Of a stretch of DNA of 64,000 nucleotides, positions 1-10,285 are shown in pieces. The position numbers and the translations under genes are program-made. The stretch's first letter is position 1. Each line of letters begins with the position of its first letter. The notes under the pieces are model-generated. The model did not search any database and was not told where the DNA came from. It saw only the letters and a program-made list of their open reading frames with translations. This stretch comes from Geopsychrobacteraceae bacterium (GTDB lineage Bacteria; Desulfobacterota; Desulfuromonadia; Desulfuromonadales; Geopsychrobacteraceae): NCBI GenBank assembly GCA_963662315.1, contig OY759353.1, positions 2,432,001 to 2,496,000 on the forward strand, given 5' to 3'.

Positions 1-4
1 CCCT

Positions 5-430
5 CTAGTGTCCATGCTCCGCCTCCCACCTGGTAACAATTTCCTTAACCCGACGCAGCAACAGGTTGTAAAGCACAATAGCGGGAATCGCAACCAGCAG
101 CCCGGCGGCAGTGGCCTTAAGGGCTAACGCCAGGCCGGTCATAATACGCGCCGAATCGACCAGCCCGTCACTCCCCATGGTGTAGAAGGTCAACATGATT
201 CCCAGTACCGTACCCAGCAGTCCAATATATGGGGCATTACTGCCAATGGTCGCGATCAGGTGCAGCCGCTCGGTCAGGCGCAATTCGAGCAACCCACGGT
301 CAGAGAAATCTTTCGTGTCAAAACTGCGATAAGTCCGCCAACGCTCAATAGCAAGGGCAACCACCACCACACTCATCAAACCAAGCAACCCAATGACACC
401 GTAATCGATTGCTTCTTTCAGCCATTCCAT
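5..430 (-). CDS. exbB: TonB-system energizer ExbB (short MotA/TolQ/ExbB family)
   Basis: LATIGSNAPYIGLLGTVLGIM and ALKATAAGLLVAIP motifs. An overlapping ATG at 15 (MDTRG..., runs off the window) probably starts exbD. Confidence 0.88.
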   Translation of the reverse strand: MEWLKEAIDYGVIGLLGLMSVVVVALAIERWRTYRSFDTKDFSDRGLLELRLTERLHLIATIGSNAPYIGLLGTVLGIMLTFYTMGSDGLVDSARIMTGLALALKATAAGLLVAIPAIVLYNLLLRRVKEIVTRWEAEHGH

Positions 431-500
431 AGTGAATCTCCTGTTATAGCAACCTCACATGAGGATGTTTATTACTGATTAAAAAGGGATAAAAACATGT

Positions 501-2384
501 TTAAAACTTTGCCTGCACACCAGCAACAAAGCGGATACCGTCATCCGGGTAACCGGCATGAACCATGTAGCGGCGATCAAAAATGTTATCGATTTTGATA
601 TAGCCATCACACTGCAGAGACCCCAACGGTAATGGTGACGACGCTTTGACATCAACCCGCGTGTAGCTGGCTAATTTTTGACTGCCCAGGTTCTCCAGCT
701 GGCTGTAACGCACCCCTTCATAGCGGAAGGTCCCTTCCAGACGAACCTTGGTCCCCGGAATGCGATATTGTAAATTCTGGCGCAACTTATAGCGCGGTGT
801 GTAAGCAAGCTGTTTATCCGTAGCACTGTTTTCTGAGTGCTGAACAATAAAGCTGGTTTCAGAACTCAAACCGCTAAACAGGGGCAACTTACCGGTCAGT
901 TCGACCCCTTCCCGCCAGGCACTGGCGACATTGACCGGCCGGTAAATCAGATCACTGCCACGTTCATAACTGATCAGATTATCGGTATCGGCACGAAACA
1001 GGGTGGCCTGAAACAGAGCCTCTTTGGTGGGCCGATATTCGATACCGACATCATAGGACCAGATACGCTCCTCTTTCAGGTCAGGATTGCCCCGGGTCTG
1101 ATCAATGGAGCCATGAGCAGACTGGTAGAGCTGGCCAAAGGATGGAATTTCCACCCGATAACCAGCCTTGGCACGCACCAGCAGGGTATCAGTAAGCCCC
1201 CACCCAATCCCCGTGGTAAAACCAGGATCAACACCAAAATCACTGGTCGCATCACCACGCAGACCGATAGTTGTCGTCACACGGCCTATACGGCGATCGT
1301 ACTGTCCACTCAAGCCTAAGCGACTGCGGTCATGGTCACCAGCCAGGGTCTGATCAATATGGTCATAATCGGTCAGGACACCAATACGGGCTTCCCAGCT
1401 ATCATCGTCACCCACCCAGGTGGTATCGGCCTTAAAACCGACCTTATGTTCATCCAGAGTCGCTACCGTTCCTGACTGGGAACGATCTCGCAGGGTGGTG
1501 ACATCCCCGAACAGGGTGGTCTCCAGGCTACCACTATCGCCCAGAATACCGGCATAGCCTAAATCAAGCGATGCTTTCCGATAGCGCTGACGCGCATCCG
1601 GTGTCGGATTATCGATGGGACCGGCCGAACCATACTCGGCTTCATAATAGCGGCTGTTAAAGGTATAACGTGCCCCTGCTGCGGTTTTACGGTTCCAGTT
1701 TAAAGCCAGCGCGCCGGTATCCCGATCACTGTTGCTGCGCTTGCCATCACTATGAGACGCCCCTGCAGTCAGCTGGGCGGAGCCGGAAAAAAGCTCGATA
1801 TTCTGGCTGATACTGCCATCGACAAGACCGTAGGAACCACCTTTCACTTTGACAATGGTTGCCGCCGGTTTATCTTTACTCTCCAGGGACGGAGTTTTGG
1901 TGATAATATTGATGGCGCCGTCACTACCACCAGGGCCAAGCCATACAGGTACTGGTGGCTTGAATACGGTCACCGATTCAATCTGGTCAACCGGCACACT
2001 ATTCAAATCAAAATTGCCATACTGATTGGTGCTCAAAGGACGACCATTAAGGAGCACCAGCACCCCCGAAGAACGGCCAGAGCCACGAATGGAAATACGT
2101 GTTCCGCTACTGCCACTCTGGTACACCTCGACCCCCGGCATGGTTCCGAGGACTTCATCAACGGTATTCAGGTTACGTTCAACAATCTCGTTTTTTCCAA
2201 CCGTTTCCACCTGCTGCGGGTAGTTACGAATATACTCCTCAACCCGGTCAGCAGTGACTGTAACGACAGCAAGTTCCTGGGTCGTCAACGCAGTATCTGC
2301 TGCACATGCATAAATGCCGCCACCAAGCAACATGGCAACCGTGCCGCTCAGCCCCAGGGCCATTTTTATAATCATTTTTTTCAT
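501..2384 (-). CDS. TonB-dependent receptor
   Basis: Signal peptide, VVTVTA TonB-box-like segment, plug motifs (ISIRG, VLVLLNG, GAINIITK), GNPDL..E, NIFD..Y, terminal Phe. Confidence 0.92.
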   Translation of the reverse strand: MKKMIIKMALGLSGTVAMLLGGGIYACAADTALTTQELAVVTVTADRVEEYIRNYPQQVETVGKNEIVERNLNTVDEVLGTMPGVEVYQSGSSGTRISIRGSGRSSGVLVLLNGRPLSTNQYGNFDLNSVPVDQIESVTVFKPPVPVWLGPGGSDGAINIITKTPSLESKDKPAATIVKVKGGSYGLVDGSISQNIELFSGSAQLTAGASHSDGKRSNSDRDTGALALNWNRKTAAGARYTFNSRYYEAEYGSAGPIDNPTPDARQRYRKASLDLGYAGILGDSGSLETTLFGDVTTLRDRSQSGTVATLDEHKVGFKADTTWVGDDDSWEARIGVLTDYDHIDQTLAGDHDRSRLGLSGQYDRRIGRVTTTIGLRGDATSDFGVDPGFTTGIGWGLTDTLLVRAKAGYRVEIPSFGQLYQSAHGSIDQTRGNPDLKEERIWSYDVGIEYRPTKEALFQATLFRADTDNLISYERGSDLIYRPVNVASAWREGVELTGKLPLFSGLSSETSFIVQHSENSATDKQLAYTPRYKLRQNLQYRIPGTKVRLEGTFRYEGVRYSQLENLGSQKLASYTRVDVKASSPLPLGSLQCDGYIKIDNIFDRRYMVHAGYPDDGIRFVAGVQAKF

Positions 2385-2437
2385 CTTTTCCTCAGTTGAT
2401 TGAGAAATTTTTCCCCAAAAAGCATCACAACAATTTT

Positions 2438-2782
2438 TTAATTTTCCGGAACGTAGACGACCGACCCGTCTTTCAAACGATAAGCCGTACCAAGGCGTTC
2501 CCCCTGCCCTTTGGCTTTTTCCGGGGTAGAACGCAGCACTTCGATCTTGCGCCCCTTCTTTTTGATGATCTCCATCTGTCCGTCAGATGTCTTTTTGACA
2601 ATCGTCATTTCGCTCTCCTGATTGAACAGATCATCCATATGGTAAGCCGAAAAAACCGCTACGATCAGGGCAACAATAAAGACCAGTCCAATATCAAACA
2701 GATTTGCTACCCCGGAGAGAGGATCTTCATCTGTCATATCGTCTGCAGAACTGAACGACCGCTTTTTATGCAGATATTTCAT
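2438..2782 (-). CDS. DUF2149 family protein (HmuV-like)
   Basis: EDPLSGVANLFD plus TM helix, and C-terminal GERLGTAYRLKDG.VVYVPE. Follows an ExbB-like gene. Confidence 0.85.
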   Translation of the reverse strand: MKYLHKKRSFSSADDMTDEDPLSGVANLFDIGLVFIVALIVAVFSAYHMDDLFNQESEMTIVKKTSDGQMEIIKKKGRKIEVLRSTPEKAKGQGERLGTAYRLKDGSVVYVPEN

Positions 2783-3435
2783 GCCGCTTGTGACTCCACA
2801 ACTAATTCTTCGTTGCCGTTAGTAGTGACTGTCTGAGACGCTCCATCCAGAACATTAAGCTCGGTAATGATCTCCATATAGCGCAGGTCTTCCTGCTGCC
2901 AGCGTCTCTGGAGCAGATACAGAACATAGGCAATCAGACCAACGGCCATTCCGACAACCGTGGTGGTAAAAGCGATGACCAGATCGGCGGACAGACGGGT
3001 CATATCCCCCTGGCCGAGTGCTGCCAATCCTGTTCCCATAGGAATCAAAGTGCCAATCAAGCCAAGACCGGGGCCGGTTCTTACCAGAATCATCAGCCGA
3101 TCAAGCTTTTTACTTAAGGCAAGACGATGGTGCTGGAGCAAATTTTCCACCTCAAGCTCAATATGGCCCTGCTTTCCCACCAGTAACTGGCTCAGATCTC
3201 TGGCATAAGCTCTGACCGGAAAACTGCAGGCGCTTGTGACAAATTCACTATCGGCCAGGCGCGCCAATCCGGTTTTCAATGGTTTCAGTCGCAGCCGTTC
3301 AAAGACATCAGCGCAAAAGACTCCCACCAACAGTAACACCCAGACCGACAGACCGGCCAACAACACGACAACGGGGTAGAACAGAGCCGCAGAAATCAAA
3401 TAAATATAGGTTTTAAGAAAGGCAAAAATCATCAT
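2779..3435 (-). CDS. MotA/TolQ/ExbB proton-channel family protein (HmuU-like)
   Basis: GPGLGLIGTLIPMG and IAFTTTVVG motifs. 4-nt overlaps with both neighbours. Confidence 0.88.
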   Translation of the reverse strand: MMIFAFLKTYIYLISAALFYPVVVLLAGLSVWVLLLVGVFCADVFERLRLKPLKTGLARLADSEFVTSACSFPVRAYARDLSQLLVGKQGHIELEVENLLQHHRLALSKKLDRLMILVRTGPGLGLIGTLIPMGTGLAALGQGDMTRLSADLVIAFTTTVVGMAVGLIAYVLYLLQRRWQQEDLRYMEIITELNVLDGASQTVTTNGNEELVVESQAA

Positions 3436-4178
3436 AAACTCCTCTGTTGCTGGCGCCTTTTATACAGGTAACCAGCAGCTATTATTATGACTATTCCAAA
3501 TATAAATTGAGTCAGTGTCGTTGTTTCAGCAACTTGCACCCCCGCTTTGGACAAGCGGAAAATACGTTCGATCTGGGCAAATTGAGGCACAATACATAAA
3601 GCGGCGATAAAGTAGCTGGCCAGCAAACACATCAGGCCACCCATGATCTGGTCAAGACTGCCCTGGCGTGGTGCACAGTGCCAGAACAGCAACCCGGCAC
3701 TGACCAGTTGCACCACCGCAAATCCACCAGCCAAAGCCGACATGGCCAGCAGGGCTTGGTCGGGAAACAGGTTAAGAATAAAAGCGCTCTCCAGCAAAAT
3801 GACCGAAGCACACACAGGGCACGGCAGACTGAGCAATAACCAGCCGCGTTGCTGTCCACCATGCTCCTTTCCGCGCTGCCGTAATAACAGGAAGATGCCC
3901 CAACCCCCAAGCAGCACCGCACTGATCAGATGCAGGGTCATACCGGCAGCAAACAATTGCTGTAACTGGGGAAAATAGTTGAGCAGAGAAATCCGCGTCA
4001 GGACGACACCACAGAGAAAAAACACCAACAGGTAGGCGATAACATGCAGGCTACCGGCCACCCCCTGGCGGCGTCTGCCCTTTATGGTCGTTAACAGATA
4101 GCCAAGACCAATACCGCTTTTGACGGCAAATATCCCCAGACCAAAAATCAATCCCATGATCAGACTTTTCAGTTCCAT
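3432..4178 (-). CDS. DUF2162 family multi-pass membrane protein
   Basis: Multiple TM segments, FAVKSGIG and PCPVC motifs. Lies directly after the cobN-like gene. Confidence 0.8.
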   Translation of the reverse strand: MELKSLIMGLIFGLGIFAVKSGIGLGYLLTTIKGRRRQGVAGSLHVIAYLLVFFLCGVVLTRISLLNYFPQLQQLFAAGMTLHLISAVLLGGWGIFLLLRQRGKEHGGQQRGWLLLSLPCPVCASVILLESAFILNLFPDQALLAMSALAGGFAVVQLVSAGLLFWHCAPRQGSLDQIMGGLMCLLASYFIAALCIVPQFAQIERIFRLSKAGVQVAETTTLTQFIFGIVIIIAAGYLYKRRQQQRSL

Positions 4179-4190
4179 GCTCTAGTTCTC

Positions 4191-7100
4191 CTACATCGCC
4201 TGACGGCGCCGCCGCCACCAGATCCCGCCAACGACAAGAGCCAACAGTGCCAGAACACATACAGAGGCCAGCCATTGCACCCCGGAAGAGGTCAGTTCGG
4301 TCGCTTTATCTTCATTGGTGACCCGTTCCATTTTGTAACCGGTCACGTCCTCGTTTTCGGCTCCAGATTGAACACTCTGTTGCGGATCACTCTGGTTACT
4401 AAGCTGTTGCTTTTCTGCTTCAGCCTGATTCTTTTCGAAACCGGCTACCAGTTGTTGTTGCAGTTGCTGCCGCTCTTCCACCTGTTCAGCGAGGGATTTT
4501 TTTGCCATTTTTTCGATGGCGACCTTGAACTGTTCCACCAGTTCCGGACTCATAACCCCGGGTAAAGATGCAATATTGACCACCATCTGGTTGAGTGCCG
4601 GGTTGTTGCAGGTGTGATCGCAACAGGCAACGCCATGTTTCAATACATTAGCGATATATTCCTTGGCCAGTTTCTGAGTCACCTCATCCCCTGGCTGCCA
4701 ATAGCCTTTGCGCACCGTTTCCAGAATCCTGGCGGTTATGGACTGATAGGCCCAGGGGCTGCTTTCGGCAAAAAATTTGGCGAGTTCCTGATCATATTTA
4801 TCCTCGACATAAACCTCATAAACCTGCTGCCACTTATCAGCACTCACGGCATTGGGAACGGTCACCTGCCAGCCCCACAGGTTTTCGGTAAAATCAGCCA
4901 TTTGCCGGGCACCGGCATAGTTTTCCTTTTTCATCCCTTCGATCCACTTAGGATTCAAATAGCGGGTGCGCAGTTCGCGGCCAATGGTTTTGGCAACATC
5001 CTCGACTTGTGCCTCATCGCGACGACGGTTGAGAGTCACCATGGTTGTTGGCGCTGTGCCGCGGACATTTTTAACTGCCAGCGCCATCCCCCCCAGGTAG
5101 GAAAAGAAATCATCGGTATCAATAATGCCGATGACATTACTGGAACGGGAATGGACAGCGACATCGACATGGCGCAGGTTTTCCTTCAAAGTCTCCTTAA
5201 CAGGCACCGCCCACTGCCCCTGACCAACCGCAAACTGAGCCCGGTTCAGATAAACGTTGCTGATCTCCGCGTCCGATTCCCAGAAACCGGACGCACCGAC
5301 CATCTCTTCCACTCCATTGCCGTAGGAGCCAACCTCTTCAGTAAAGATCCGGAAACGCGACTGTTGCTCTGCCTCTGCGGCACTCATGCCTTGCTCCATC
5401 AGGCGTGCTTTGATGGTCTGGCTGTTCTTGGCAATAAGGTTTTCCACATCGGTCTGGAGCAGTACTTTTTGTACCGCTTCATCCAGATACAGCAGTTTGT
5501 CAGGGAACATATCGCGGTACAGCCCGGACGGATTAATCAGCACGTCAATGCGTGGCCGCCCCAGTTCTTTGCCGGGGATAATGCGCATATCTCGCACCTT
5601 ATCAGTCTTGTCCCACACCGGTTCGACCCCCATCAGATAGAGAATCGTCGCTTCATTGACCCCTTCATTGCGGCAGGTTTCAAAGGCCCATAAGACAACC
5701 CCGACCTTTTCCGGGTAGTGGCCACTTTCCTGCAACTTATTGGCGATAATCTTCTCGGCGGCCGTCTTACCGATTTCCCAGGCGGCTTTGGAAGGAACCT
5801 TCTGCGGTGAAAAACCATAAAAATTACGCCCGCTTGGCAATGCCGCCAGGTTGCGCAAGGGGTCATTTCCTTCCCCCGGTTCAACATATTCCCCTGCCAG
5901 GGCACGCATGAAAGTATTCATCTCATTAGCGCCTGAGCGGTGTAAGTCATGAGCAACCTGGTCCTGATCAGCATCCGGGTTCTGGTCCATAATCAGCGTA
6001 ACCGTCTCCTCCTCGGCCTGAGGTTCATCGGCGTTACCAAAGGTGTGCAAGCCATATGGGAGGGAGTTGGTGTCGATCTCATGCAGATAGAGGTGGATCT
6101 GCTCAATGGCTTCAGCGTTCAGCTCATTAATGCCCAGATCCTGATCGACGCCCAGCTTGCGAACCAGAGCGCCAAGCTGTTTGCGATATTCCTCAGCGGT
6201 TTCACTGCCATTGGCGTGGGCATACTCATATTTGTGATGCAGGTCGTGCAGCTGGGCATACTCACTGTAAAGGTCTGCTTTACGCATGGGTGGGGTCAGG
6301 TAATCGATGACAACGCCACGGCCACGACGTTTGGCCTCAATCCCTTCGGCAATATCATCAACAATATAGGGGTAGATATTGGGAATATCGCCAACCATGA
6401 TTTCCGGCGCGTCAGCAGGACTCAAACCGGCCTGTTTACCCGGCAACCATTCATAAGTGGAATGAGTACCAAGATGAACCATGGCATCAGCCTGAAAGCG
6501 CTCCTTCAACCACAGATAGGCCGCAATATACTGGTGATGGGGATAGAGGGTGGTATCGTGATACATCTTCATCGGATCGTCAGACCAGCCTCTAGCCGGT
6601 TCCGGCATCAGGACAACATTACCAAGTTTGACCATGGGAAAAATCAGTTCTCCGCCACGGGTCATAATGGCGCTTTCTTCCGGTTGTCCCCACTGTTTGA
6701 GAACTGGCGCTTTAAAAGCTTCAGGTAACTTGGCAAACCACTGCTTATATTCGCTGAGGGGTACTTGTTCCACCTGACCGCTGGCGATCAGGGCATCCAG
6801 TTCACCCGGAGCCCAACTACCGACGTTACGCCCACCGGCCAGGATCATTTCCTGCAGTTTGGCTTCACTGAGCTGTTCAGCACCTGCTACCTGGTAACCA
6901 TCCTGCGTCATGCGCGCCAGAATCACTTCCAGGCTGCGGAACACGTTCATATAAGCGGCAGCGATATTCTGCTTGCCCTGACTATGGTTGTAGTAAAGGA
7001 TGGCGACCTTCTTCCGGGCGTTGTCCTGGCGTTGTAACGCGGCCCATTTCTGCAGGCGTCCAATCAGCAGGTCACAGGTTTCTGGAATCGTTTCATAGAT

Positions 7101-8159
7101 GGAATATTTGCGTCCGCTCTGCTCATCCACCAGATCCTTGCGCCCGATCACCACTGTGGGTTCAATGGTTCCGGACAGTTCGGGCGTTGCCACGGCCCAG
7201 GCGGTTTCCAATGGTCCCAGGCCAACCTTGCTGGCACGCCATTCAGCGATACTTTCAGCGTAAGGACGAATGACATTGAAAACCGGGACATTGAGATCGA
7301 TCAAAGTCTGGCGAATATCATGGTTTAGGGATGAAGCAAATTTCAGGCTGAAGGCCAGCAACAGATCGACGGGGCGTTGGTTATTGCGCGGGCGCAGGAA
7401 GTGCTTCATAACCAGATCGACCGGGCCAAAACAGGGCAACACGTTAAACCCGGCTCTTTCCAGACGCACAATCAGATCATCCATGGCCTCAACCTGCCCT
7501 TCCTTCAGGCTGTTGGCAAAGTCCATAATACCGACCCAGGCGGCACCCGGATGATACCCTTTGCGGCTTTGGTACCAGTGCTGATATTCCTCAAGATCGA
7601 TAAAGTACTTGTCGCTCTCAGGGTGATGGAGGCTGGTCGCCGGAATCAGCTGCACCGGTTGAAAGCTGATATTTTTATCGATGTGGCGCTGCACCGCCAG
7701 ACGCACCAGATTAACCATGTTGCCAACACTGCGGTTGTTGTAATAGGCAATCAGCTGATCATCGAGAACGATTCCCTTAGCGGCTAATTTTTCCGGATCC
7801 CCGGCGTTGTTCAGAGCATAGACCCGACGCCCCTTAATCAGGTTGTGCTGTTCCAGATAATCGGGTAACTGCGGCATCATGACATTGACCAGCACCACTG
7901 ACGCCGCAGCAATGAACTCCTCGGCCTGAGAATCCTGTTCCAGGTCGGCCAGGGTAAAGTAACGCACACTGATGTTGTCCGGCAGATCGAGCTGACTTAA
8001 GGCCTTGTGCAACTGGTAACTATTGATATCAATTTCCAGAATGGCAACCCGCTCAGGCATTTCTGCATTGACCAAAGAGGGGAAAACGGTATTCAGCAGC
8101 AGGCAGGCCAGGCCGAAAAAAAACAATGAGGAGAATTGCGCGAATAGCTGTTTAACCAT
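4191..8159 (-). CDS. cobN: CobN/Mg-chelatase H-like protein, exported and C-terminally anchored (paralog 1; HmuS/BtuS-like)
   Basis: HLGTHSTYEWLPGK, AKRRG, LPSGRNFY, GRPRIDV, SGLYRD, NPKWIEGM, CCDHTCNN motifs. N-terminal signal peptide; C-terminal TM plus poly-Arg. Confidence 0.9.
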   Translation of the reverse strand: MVKQLFAQFSSLFFFGLACLLLNTVFPSLVNAEMPERVAILEIDINSYQLHKALSQLDLPDNISVRYFTLADLEQDSQAEEFIAAASVVLVNVMMPQLPDYLEQHNLIKGRRVYALNNAGDPEKLAAKGIVLDDQLIAYYNNRSVGNMVNLVRLAVQRHIDKNISFQPVQLIPATSLHHPESDKYFIDLEEYQHWYQSRKGYHPGAAWVGIMDFANSLKEGQVEAMDDLIVRLERAGFNVLPCFGPVDLVMKHFLRPRNNQRPVDLLLAFSLKFASSLNHDIRQTLIDLNVPVFNVIRPYAESIAEWRASKVGLGPLETAWAVATPELSGTIEPTVVIGRKDLVDEQSGRKYSIYETIPETCDLLIGRLQKWAALQRQDNARKKVAILYYNHSQGKQNIAAAYMNVFRSLEVILARMTQDGYQVAGAEQLSEAKLQEMILAGGRNVGSWAPGELDALIASGQVEQVPLSEYKQWFAKLPEAFKAPVLKQWGQPEESAIMTRGGELIFPMVKLGNVVLMPEPARGWSDDPMKMYHDTTLYPHHQYIAAYLWLKERFQADAMVHLGTHSTYEWLPGKQAGLSPADAPEIMVGDIPNIYPYIVDDIAEGIEAKRRGRGVVIDYLTPPMRKADLYSEYAQLHDLHHKYEYAHANGSETAEEYRKQLGALVRKLGVDQDLGINELNAEAIEQIHLYLHEIDTNSLPYGLHTFGNADEPQAEEETVTLIMDQNPDADQDQVAHDLHRSGANEMNTFMRALAGEYVEPGEGNDPLRNLAALPSGRNFYGFSPQKVPSKAAWEIGKTAAEKIIANKLQESGHYPEKVGVVLWAFETCRNEGVNEATILYLMGVEPVWDKTDKVRDMRIIPGKELGRPRIDVLINPSGLYRDMFPDKLLYLDEAVQKVLLQTDVENLIAKNSQTIKARLMEQGMSAAEAEQQSRFRIFTEEVGSYGNGVEEMVGASGFWESDAEISNVYLNRAQFAVGQGQWAVPVKETLKENLRHVDVAVHSRSSNVIGIIDTDDFFSYLGGMALAVKNVRGTAPTTMVTLNRRRDEAQVEDVAKTIGRELRTRYLNPKWIEGMKKENYAGARQMADFTENLWGWQVTVPNAVSADKWQQVYEVYVEDKYDQELAKFFAESSPWAYQSITARILETVRKGYWQPGDEVTQKLAKEYIANVLKHGVACCDHTCNNPALNQMVVNIASLPGVMSPELVEQFKVAIEKMAKKSLAEQVEERQQLQQQLVAGFEKNQAEAEKQQLSNQSDPQQSVQSGAENEDVTGYKMERVTNEDKATELTSSGVQWLASVCVLALLALVVGGIWWRRRRQAM

Positions 8160-8161
8160 GG

Positions 8162-10183
8162 TTATTCCTTCTCAGCAGCTGAGTACAACAGCGCGCCAAA
8201 TGCCTGAGACAAAACAGGAGTCAGTTTTTTGCTGCGAGGAAGATCGTTAATAGTGATATTCGCCTGACCGGATATTCTTGCGGCGACGTGAATACAGAGC
8301 TGGTTAAAAATGACATCGCTACTGATCAGACCTTTATTCAGGTCATCACTGATAGCCAATGCCGTTTCAACAAAAGAAGCGTAGTAGGAATCTTTCAACA
8401 GTGTGGTCAGGGTTTGCGTTGCCGTTACCTGATCCAGATCTGGAAAGGCTGCCGCAACCTGTTTTATCCTGAGTCCGCGTTCAAGCAGACGTTGACGAAC
8501 TGGCCGTTTGGCCTGAAGGCCATTCTGCCGGTAAATCGCTTCAGTTACCGCTCCATGAACCGCTTTGGCGATCAGTTCCCCCAGCTTGGTGTGGCCACCA
8601 CTGTAATTTGCGACTGGCCCATCCCCCTGGACAATCATTACGTTGTCGGTACCGGTCCCCGTTGCCCGATGGTCAAGGCCTGAGTAGGAGCTGCGGATAT
8701 CCAGATCAAGCAAAGCTGCGGATTTCGCCTCAGTTGCGGTGATAATCGCCCGGGCCATGGCGTTTTCACTCAAACGGCGGTTGGTCATAACCAGAATATT
8801 GATGGTCCCGTGACTGAAATAGAGCCCGGAATCGCGTGACATGCGCATGGCATTGCCACGCACCCCTGCAGTGGCCAGAACCGTGACCGCAAGATCTTGA
8901 TAGACCTCTGTCTTGTTGGCCAAATTATTCATGTCGGCACCGGTCATCATGGAGGCAAAGGACTTGCTCGCATACCCAAGATTCTCTGCTATGGCAGTCT
9001 TCCCTGGTTCCGGACCAAAGGCCATATGCCCGAGGCTGGCCCCCATGGGGATATAGGTATTACCCACTCCGTCCACTTTTTCACGCAAACCTTCGAAGGT
9101 GGATAAAATCCTCTGAGGAGCGGTGAAGTGCACATCCAATGAGCGATAGACACTGTCATTGACGCGCTGATCAACAACACGAGCCTGTTTTACATAAGAC
9201 AGATCGAGGGACAAAGGTCGTTCTTTCAAGACCTCATCTGCACTTACCGCCAGAGCCGGATCAGCCATCTGTTGCGGATAAAGCAGGGCCGCCAGCCACT
9301 GGGTAAAATCGCCCATATGAACACCTGCCCGGCAGGTCAGGGAGCAGGGGAACATACTGACAGCGCCGTCATGAACAGCAGTCACATCGGACCAGCCAGG
9401 TTCTTTAAGCACGGTCCTGACGGCTTCAGCATTGGCATGACAACCGTAGACAAATTGGGGATCAAATTGCTGCCATTGGCTAAGAGCTACAGGAACAAAG
9501 TCACCCTTTTGCTTAGAGTAAAAAGGCAGGCCGCCCGCAATAGAAATTAACTGATTCTGAAAAGAATCGTCACCGGGGATGCTCGGTCTCTTGCCGACCA
9601 CAATCCTCCCAACCCGCTTACGCTCTGCCATAGGCACAACCTTGAGGCGCTCTTCCACGAGCTGCAGTTGGTGACGATTGCGAGCGACAATGCTGGCGGC
9701 TTCTTGCTCACAGTCAAACAACTTCCCGATCAGCTCAATGCGGGTAAAACCGGCTTCGATACTCCGGGCATCGAGGACCAGTATCTTTTGGGGAGAACCT
9801 GAAAAGGCCTTAATCACGTCAACCTGCCCGGGAGAGGCAATGATTAAGTCGGGCTCAAGACCAGCTATCTTCTCCAAATTGGGATGAAAATAACTACCGA
9901 GGTCAGGGAGTCGTAATTGCGGCTGATGATCCAGGTCTTCACGGGTCACCCCGACCAGGACCTCACTCTGTCCGCAGGCGATAATAATTTCTGTGGCCGA
10001 AGGGCATAAGGAAACAACCCGTTGCGGAGCAGAGGAAAAAGTCGCTTGTAGTCCACGAGCATCGGTTAATGCCAGTGGAAATTCTGTCGCTTCTACGCTT
10101 CCAAACAACAGCAGCAGTGACAGCTGCGTAAACAGAACAATTTGGAGATAAAGATGACGAGCCATAAACCTAAAACGCCTCAA
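8162..10183 (-). CDS. cbiZ: Fusion of BtuF-like periplasmic binding domain and adenosylcobinamide amidohydrolase CbiZ (paralog 1)
   Basis: N-terminal PQRVVSLCPSATE...LEPDLII (helical-backbone metal receptor). C-terminal MTGADM, ATAGV..NA, GTINI, TATEAK, ATGTGTD (CbiZ). Confidence 0.85.
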   Translation of the reverse strand: MRRFRFMARHLYLQIVLFTQLSLLLLFGSVEATEFPLALTDARGLQATFSSAPQRVVSLCPSATEIIIACGQSEVLVGVTREDLDHQPQLRLPDLGSYFHPNLEKIAGLEPDLIIASPGQVDVIKAFSGSPQKILVLDARSIEAGFTRIELIGKLFDCEQEAASIVARNRHQLQLVEERLKVVPMAERKRVGRIVVGKRPSIPGDDSFQNQLISIAGGLPFYSKQKGDFVPVALSQWQQFDPQFVYGCHANAEAVRTVLKEPGWSDVTAVHDGAVSMFPCSLTCRAGVHMGDFTQWLAALLYPQQMADPALAVSADEVLKERPLSLDLSYVKQARVVDQRVNDSVYRSLDVHFTAPQRILSTFEGLREKVDGVGNTYIPMGASLGHMAFGPEPGKTAIAENLGYASKSFASMMTGADMNNLANKTEVYQDLAVTVLATAGVRGNAMRMSRDSGLYFSHGTINILVMTNRRLSENAMARAIITATEAKSAALLDLDIRSSYSGLDHRATGTGTDNVMIVQGDGPVANYSGGHTKLGELIAKAVHGAVTEAIYRQNGLQAKRPVRQRLLERGLRIKQVAAAFPDLDQVTATQTLTTLLKDSYYASFVETALAISDDLNKGLISSDVIFNQLCIHVAARISGQANITINDLPRSKKLTPVLSQAFGALLYSAAEKE

Positions 10184-10203
10184 TAAGCTGATAAAATAAA
10201 AGT

Positions 10204-10234
10204 AGGGAGATAGCCTGAAAAAGACTGTCTCCCT
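10204..10234 (-). terminator. Intergenic hairpin (AGGGAGACAG...CTATCTCCCT then U-rich) between the receptor and btuF-cbiZ
   Basis: Inverted repeat visible in the sequence, followed on the minus strand by ACTTTTATTTT. Confidence 0.5.
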
Positions 10235-10285
10235 GGCCTGCTAGCTACCTGGAAACAGGTAGCTATAATCCACGTTGAGATACTT

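Noticed and set aside
4614..6728. Long plus-strand ORFs (359 aa, 259 aa) and similar antisense ORFs elsewhere, e.g. 49583-50356, 51071-51766
   Set aside because: Antisense shadows of well-supported genes, with no motifs.
4191..8159. cobN as part of the aerobic cobalamin biosynthesis chelatase
   Set aside because: Signal peptide and C-terminal anchor, no cobS/cobT in the window, and a transport-type gene context.
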